Below, piece after piece: positions 17,001-20,448 of a DNA stretch of 20,448 nt (positions within the stretch are counted from its first letter, which is position 1; each line of letters begins with the position of its first letter). The notes under the pieces are model-generated. The model did not search any database. It was not told where the DNA came from and saw only the letters and a list, made by a program, of their open reading frames with translations. The stretch covers positions 1 through 20,448 of the forward strand of contig CBDURU010000062.1 in assembly GCA_965369865.1 (NCBI GenBank), in the 5' to 3' direction. The stretch is from an uncultured bacterium. Lineage in GTDB: Bacteria > JAJVIF01 > JAPKYR01. The position numbers were made by a program, and so were the translations under genes.

Positions 17001-18864
17001 CCAGTCTCAGGATCCGGACGGAGATATTATCATCTGGGAGTGGGATTTCTCTTTCAATCCCGGGGACGGTTTCCTGATAGAGAGCACAGAGCAGCATCCG
17101 ACTGTACAGTTCAATGAAGCCGGGACTTTTCACGTGAATCACAGGGTTGAGGACGCAACAGGGTTGGACGATTTCCTGAATTACACTCTCACGATTGTTG
17201 TCGGTCCGGCGGGAAGCAATTTTCCATCGGTGTTTATCGGCTGTCCGGGCTGGAATGTAAAGAGCAATAATATTTATATCCCATGGAATATGAATGATGA
17301 CGTAACGCCAAAAGCGGATCTTCTTGTCCGTGTATGGAAGGGAAGCGAAGGACCATTTGAACTTGCTCCGGGAACGATCCAGTGGAACTGGACCGGACCG
17401 ATCGATTGTGGCTTTTACACAATCTGGGTGGAAGTCGAAGATGAACACGGGCTTAAAAAATTGGCAAGGTGCGACTGGGGAAACTGGGATGAGGAAGACC
17501 CAACGGTCATGTTCATTACATACCCGACAGAACCAACGACATCCCCATATTTTTACTGGATAAACAGTGACGACTGCACATACGGCTCCAACATGCCAGT
17601 ATGGATATCAAAGGATTACGGGCCATGGGAGCAATTGCCTGATGGAACCAATGATTATTATAGCTGGACGGGGGTTTACTGCCCGAATCATAGTTTCAGA
17701 GTCAGAATCATGGATGAGCTCGGCAATGAAGGAATGGATGAAGTTATTTTCGATGGAGGAGACCAGCCCCCATCGGTCTCTTTCACGAATTGTCCTGGTA
17801 CAACCGGTCCATCGTATTTATTTAACTGGATCATGGACGATGAGTGTTCCGGTCCTTCGGCGTTGATAGTAGAGGTTATGCGCGACGATTATGACTGGGA
17901 ACTTCTTCCGCCCGGAACAACCGGTTACGCATGGAATAGTATTCCCTGCGGACCCCATGAATTAATCGTCAGGGTAACTGACGAAGCGGGGCTGGAAGAG
18001 ATGGCAGATTGTAATTTTAATGGTCCTGGTGTGGACCTGCCGCCTGAGGTCACAATAACAAACTGTCCTGGTCAATCGGGCAGCTCGCATATGTTTGAGT
18101 GGACACTTTATGACGAATGTACACCAACAGAATGGCTGGGGGTCGAAGTCAGGTTTGATTACAAGGATCCATGGATAGATATTCCCGATGGTTCTACCAC
18201 TTACATGTGGAACGACATAAACTGCGGAGCACATGTCTTTGAGGTCCATATAATGGATGTCAGCGGTAATACTGACAGTGATGAATGTTTCTTCCAGGGA
18301 CCCGGGGAAGATCTTCTTCCCGAAATCGATTTTATTGATTGTCCGACCTCAATTGCCGGGCATGAATTTATATTTCACTGGGACCTCTGGGATGACTGTA
18401 TTCCTGAGGCAGAATTGGAAGTAAGCTACATGACACCGGAAAGCATAGACTGGGAGGGTTTGGAAGCCGGTTCAACGTCATTCGAATTGGTGGATATTCC
18501 CTGCGGAAGCACTTGGTTTAAAGTCAGGGCGTGGGATTATAACGATGATCACGAACCTGTGGAAGCAATATGTAATTTCGATTGTATTGGCGATGACCCG
18601 GATGCATGGTGGGTGCCAGCCTGTCCGGACCATGTGTATGTGGAGAATTACACTGTAGAGTGGAGCTGGTTTGTAGATTGTATGGGAGAAATCCTTCCGC
18701 TTGTGGATATAAGAAAGGATGGCGGACCATGGGAGGAATTAGAACCCGGTGCCACTGAATACACATGGTACGGGCTTGAATTGGGTCCCCATACGGTTGA
18801 AGTCAGGATAACCGATATTGAGGCCAGGCAGGTGGAAATTTTCTGCGATTTCGAGCGCACCTAA
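14008..18864 (+). CDS. Large acidic surface lipoprotein: unknown N-terminal domain, 7 PKD-like repeats, 6 Cys-patterned Ig-like repeats
   Basis: Lipobox LVG^C (C24) followed by a Ser/Gln-rich linker. PKD-type motifs (S.DPDG..I..(Y/W)EWD(F/W)...G.Y.V.LRVTD) occur 7 times at ~15217-17202, and six ~91-aa repeats occupy ~17218-18861. Confidence 0.9.
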   Translation: MSFPAHNFLNYSVILCVMLMLVGCSSGSTNSVPTIPGQDQQQSESTSGDSTPELTSGNPEQEADRTASGHIVLGYNMVYVDASDPDEPVAEMVPVRLGSLHLNILKLLEVGPCTNCFKIVGLNFPEPGVLDIGFEITHPFADPTFTVFDCRGIMMFNGAHDFPELGLTMSESAMGDGELINAEGFSSLYNGTTLGLGGDLMTYFQGNLATATVPDSIVNGYLRHNTDDPSNTRNALYESDAVTRVYSIRIPTPEFVFGYAVDANWAMPINQPVTDPMTDFGDDANCPEPWKIEVTEYPIGEGLTDVGGSTALTIDISDWLGKETHHEPVLECPELFPGTITGLWIEDGPGYSSWQATLSNPNLAPAGEYMCLIRVEDNENEGSPPFLDLSAYQLVMLEVTEHINQPPVAGASADKAEVVVDEIINFLDESTDPDGPEDIIQWEWDFSYVEGDGFQVDSTDQNPTHSYPDEGTYEVNLRVTDTEDQSAYLVEPLQILVAPLNLPPVAGGFADKTDAVPEEPIQFTDDSTDPDGFEDIVTFEWDFSYEPLEGFQMDSEEEDPIHAYQIEGIYTVQHRVTDSAGHKDALDGPIIIEIIAGESDPVAYADFSPQNQTICNPVQFVDDGSFDPDGGLITQYEWDWDNDGTFDGLGVETFHTWTVPGTFYVQYRVTDDEGATDTLDEPLEVVVVNALPTADAYATKYTVAIDEEFYIDAIFSHDNDCDNYEIVLYEWDLSYEPLEGFNQELTGVTKLVSYSEAGTFNIMLRVTDDEAGTDLLDEPLIIEVSDKTDPIAIAQADPMYFNVCVPVDFTSNGSHDPDGGDIVLYEWDWDNDGEFDEEGPEITREFTDMGDLEVQLRVTDDEGMTDILDTPLSFYVGNGGAEAISSCDNHFPMVGETVNFDGSASYDTDCGGEAIVLYEWDFDHQIDFEVDATGMYVSHAYGEPGIKKALLRVMDDEGEKFTALFLTITVAAGPSAPTALALPSGIYIDVGDWVNFEDQSQDPDGDIIIWEWDFSFNPGDGFLIESTEQHPTVQFNEAGTFHVNHRVEDATGLDDFLNYTLTIVVGPAGSNFPSVFIGCPGWNVKSNNIYIPWNMNDDVTPKADLLVRVWKGSEGPFELAPGTIQWNWTGPIDCGFYTIWVEVEDEHGLKKLARCDWGNWDEEDPTVMFITYPTEPTTSPYFYWINSDDCTYGSNMPVWISKDYGPWEQLPDGTNDYYSWTGVYCPNHSFRVRIMDELGNEGMDEVIFDGGDQPPSVSFTNCPGTTGPSYLFNWIMDDECSGPSALIVEVMRDDYDWELLPPGTTGYAWNSIPCGPHELIVRVTDEAGLEEMADCNFNGPGVDLPPEVTITNCPGQSGSSHMFEWTLYDECTPTEWLGVEVRFDYKDPWIDIPDGSTTYMWNDINCGAHVFEVHIMDVSGNTDSDECFFQGPGEDLLPEIDFIDCPTSIAGHEFIFHWDLWDDCIPEAELEVSYMTPESIDWEGLEAGSTSFELVDIPCGSTWFKVRAWDYNDDHEPVEAICNFDCIGDDPDAWWVPACPDHVYVENYTVEWSWFVDCMGEILPLVDIRKDGGPWEELEPGATEYTWYGLELGPHTVEVRITDIEARQVEIFCDFERT

Positions 18865-18894
18865 CCAACCGTGACTGAAAAACAGGTTATAAAT

Positions 18895-18924
18895 ATCCCC
18901 CGGTATTAAACCGGGGGATTTTTT
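18895..18924. terminator. Terminator between the convergent lipoprotein gene and glnA (probably bidirectional)
   Basis: ATCCCCCGGT-attaa-ACCGGGGGAT stem, with a T run on the + side and an A-rich stretch on the other. Confidence 0.85.
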
Positions 18925-18948
18925 CATAGTCAAAAAAATAAGTTAGTT

Positions 18949-20277
18949 CTAGAGCCACGGGAGGTATTTATCGATCTCGTACTGGCTGACATGAATCCGG
19001 AAGCGATCCCATTCAATCTTCTTGTTCTCGATAAACTTGTCAAAGATATGATCACCCAGAACCTTCCTCACAAGATCGCTTTTTTCAACTTCCAGAATCG
19101 CGGCGTATAAACTATCCGGGAGTTCGTCGATCCCTCTCTTCCTTCGTTCCGTCGGACTCATCTCAAAGATATCTTCTTCGATTGGATCTGGAAGCTCGTA
19201 TTTTTTTTCAATTCCCTCGAGTCCGGCGCCAAGCATAACTGCGAATGCCAGGTAGGGGTTACATGCCGGGTCGGGTGAACGGAATTCGATCCGGGTGGCG
19301 TTTTCCTTGCCGGGTTTATACATCGGCACTCGGATCATCGCCGACCGGTTACGGCGTGCCCATGAAATATAAACAGGGGCTTCATATCCGGGAACAAGCC
19401 GTTTATAGGAATTTACCCACTGGTTGCAGACAGCGGTAATTTCCATTGCATGCCGCATCAGTCCGGCGATGTAATACCTTGCAGTATCGGAAAGATTGTA
19501 TTCATTTTCCGGATCGAAGAAAGTGTTCTTATCACCCTTAAAAAGCGACTGGTGAACGTGCATGCCGCTTCCGTTCTGTCCGAAAATCGGTTTCGGCATG
19601 AATGTGGCATAACAACCGTGCTGCCTGGCGATTTCCTTGACAACAACCCGGTATGCCATTGCCGTGTCGGCCATTTTTAACGCTTCACCGTAACGAAGGT
19701 CGATTTCATGCTGGCTGTGACCGACCTCATGATGTTCGTATTCAACCCTGATCCCCAGTGTCTGGAGGGCATCTACTGTCTCCCGCCTCATCGTATGGCC
19801 CTGGTCGAGGGGAATGGAATCAAAGTAACCCGCTACATCGAGGGGTTCAGTGCATTTGCTGGTTTTGAAATAAAAGTATTCCAGTTCAGGTCCAACGTAA
19901 TATGTCAAACCGCGCTGCGAAAGCCGGTCAGTGAGTTTTTTCAAAACATATCGCGGGTCACCCTCGTATGGCGCACCACCGGGATTGAGGATGTCGCAGA
20001 TAACTCTGGCCGTTGCATGTCCGTTCTGCTGCCAGGGAAGAATCTGGAAGGTTGTCGGATCCGGCATCGCGATCAGGTCGCTTTCTTCGATTCGCGCGAA
20101 ACCATCGATCGATGAGCCATCGAAACCCATCCCCTCATTCAGAGCTTCATCCAGTTCGGAGGGAGTGATGGCAAAACTTTTAAGTACGCCAAGAACATCG
20201 GTAAACCAGAACTGAATCAGCTTAACGTCGTGTTCCTTAACGGCCGAAAAGACATCATCAGGAGTGTTGCAGTTCAT
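18949..20277 (-). CDS. glnA: Glutamine synthetase type I (GSI-alpha-like length)
   Basis: FDGSSIDGF, ESDL, GPELEYF, HHEV, QHEID, TFMPKP, NGSGMHVHQS, NSYKRLVPGYEAP, NRSAMIRVP and RIEFRSPDP motifs. A GAGG before ATG 20277 favours it over 20289. Confidence 0.97.
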   Translation of the reverse strand: MNCNTPDDVFSAVKEHDVKLIQFWFTDVLGVLKSFAITPSELDEALNEGMGFDGSSIDGFARIEESDLIAMPDPTTFQILPWQQNGHATARVICDILNPGGAPYEGDPRYVLKKLTDRLSQRGLTYYVGPELEYFYFKTSKCTEPLDVAGYFDSIPLDQGHTMRRETVDALQTLGIRVEYEHHEVGHSQHEIDLRYGEALKMADTAMAYRVVVKEIARQHGCYATFMPKPIFGQNGSGMHVHQSLFKGDKNTFFDPENEYNLSDTARYYIAGLMRHAMEITAVCNQWVNSYKRLVPGYEAPVYISWARRNRSAMIRVPMYKPGKENATRIEFRSPDPACNPYLAFAVMLGAGLEGIEKKYELPDPIEEDIFEMSPTERRKRGIDELPDSLYAAILEVEKSDLVRKVLGDHIFDKFIENKKIEWDRFRIHVSQYEIDKYLPWL

Positions 20278-20371
20278 TTGTACCCTCATTCCTTTAAATA
20301 TTCATGCCTTGCCCTGAAAATTTGATAAGAACGGCAGGATTTTATCACAAGTCATTTGGGTTGGCAAATTA

Positions 20372-20448
20372 AGGATAAATTAATCATTTAAAACCCTCGA
20401 AAAAACGACAAACCGTAGAACAGCACGGCAGTGCGTCTTCCACCTTAA
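20372..20448 (+). mobile_element. REPIN-like element, copy 3 (truncated by window end)
   Basis: 20411-20448 is identical to 1647-1684 (38 nt), and the upstream arm AGGATAAATTAATCATTT... matches the other copies. Confidence 0.8.

Noticed and set aside
420..18864. Diversity-generating retroelement acting on the pilin, WD40 or lipoprotein gene
   Set aside because: There is no reverse transcriptase, and no template/variable repeat pair with adenine-specific mismatches was seen.
2466..20215. Numerous alternative-frame and antisense ORFs in the track (e.g. 3198-3782, 4363-4911, 15403-16158)
   Set aside because: They lie within or almost entirely over well-supported genes and show no recognisable motifs.
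20278..20371. Glutamine riboswitch or GlnR/TnrA box upstream of glnA
   Set aside because: No convincing match to the motifs by eye.

Overview
Bacterial chromosomal segment of unknown lineage, made up mostly of housekeeping and cell-envelope genes. In order it holds: the 3' end of a WD40 gene with near-identical 126-nt repeats; an unusually long GspG/pilin-like gene; a minus-strand run (Wzy/WaaL-like membrane protein, GT4, GT2, WecB/TagA glycosyltransferase, small membrane protein, rpiB-like gene, trmFO, xerC); mutS; a small Cys-rich ORF; a 1618-aa lipoprotein with 7 PKD-like and 6 Cys-patterned repeats; and glnA. The least ordinary content is intergenic. (i) There are three copies of an asymmetric REPIN-like element built on an inverted GTAG-REP pair, and one copy carries a ~220-nt structured interior. 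(ii) A 140-bp MITE (17-bp perfect TIRs, 4-bp TGAC duplication) carries two REP-like hairpins and is inserted into the palindrome of a 53-nt tandem repeat. No transposase, cas gene or recognisable RNA gene is present. Both window ends fall inside repeats, which suggests contig breaks. All calls are by eye from motifs; no database searches were run, so novelty is unverified.
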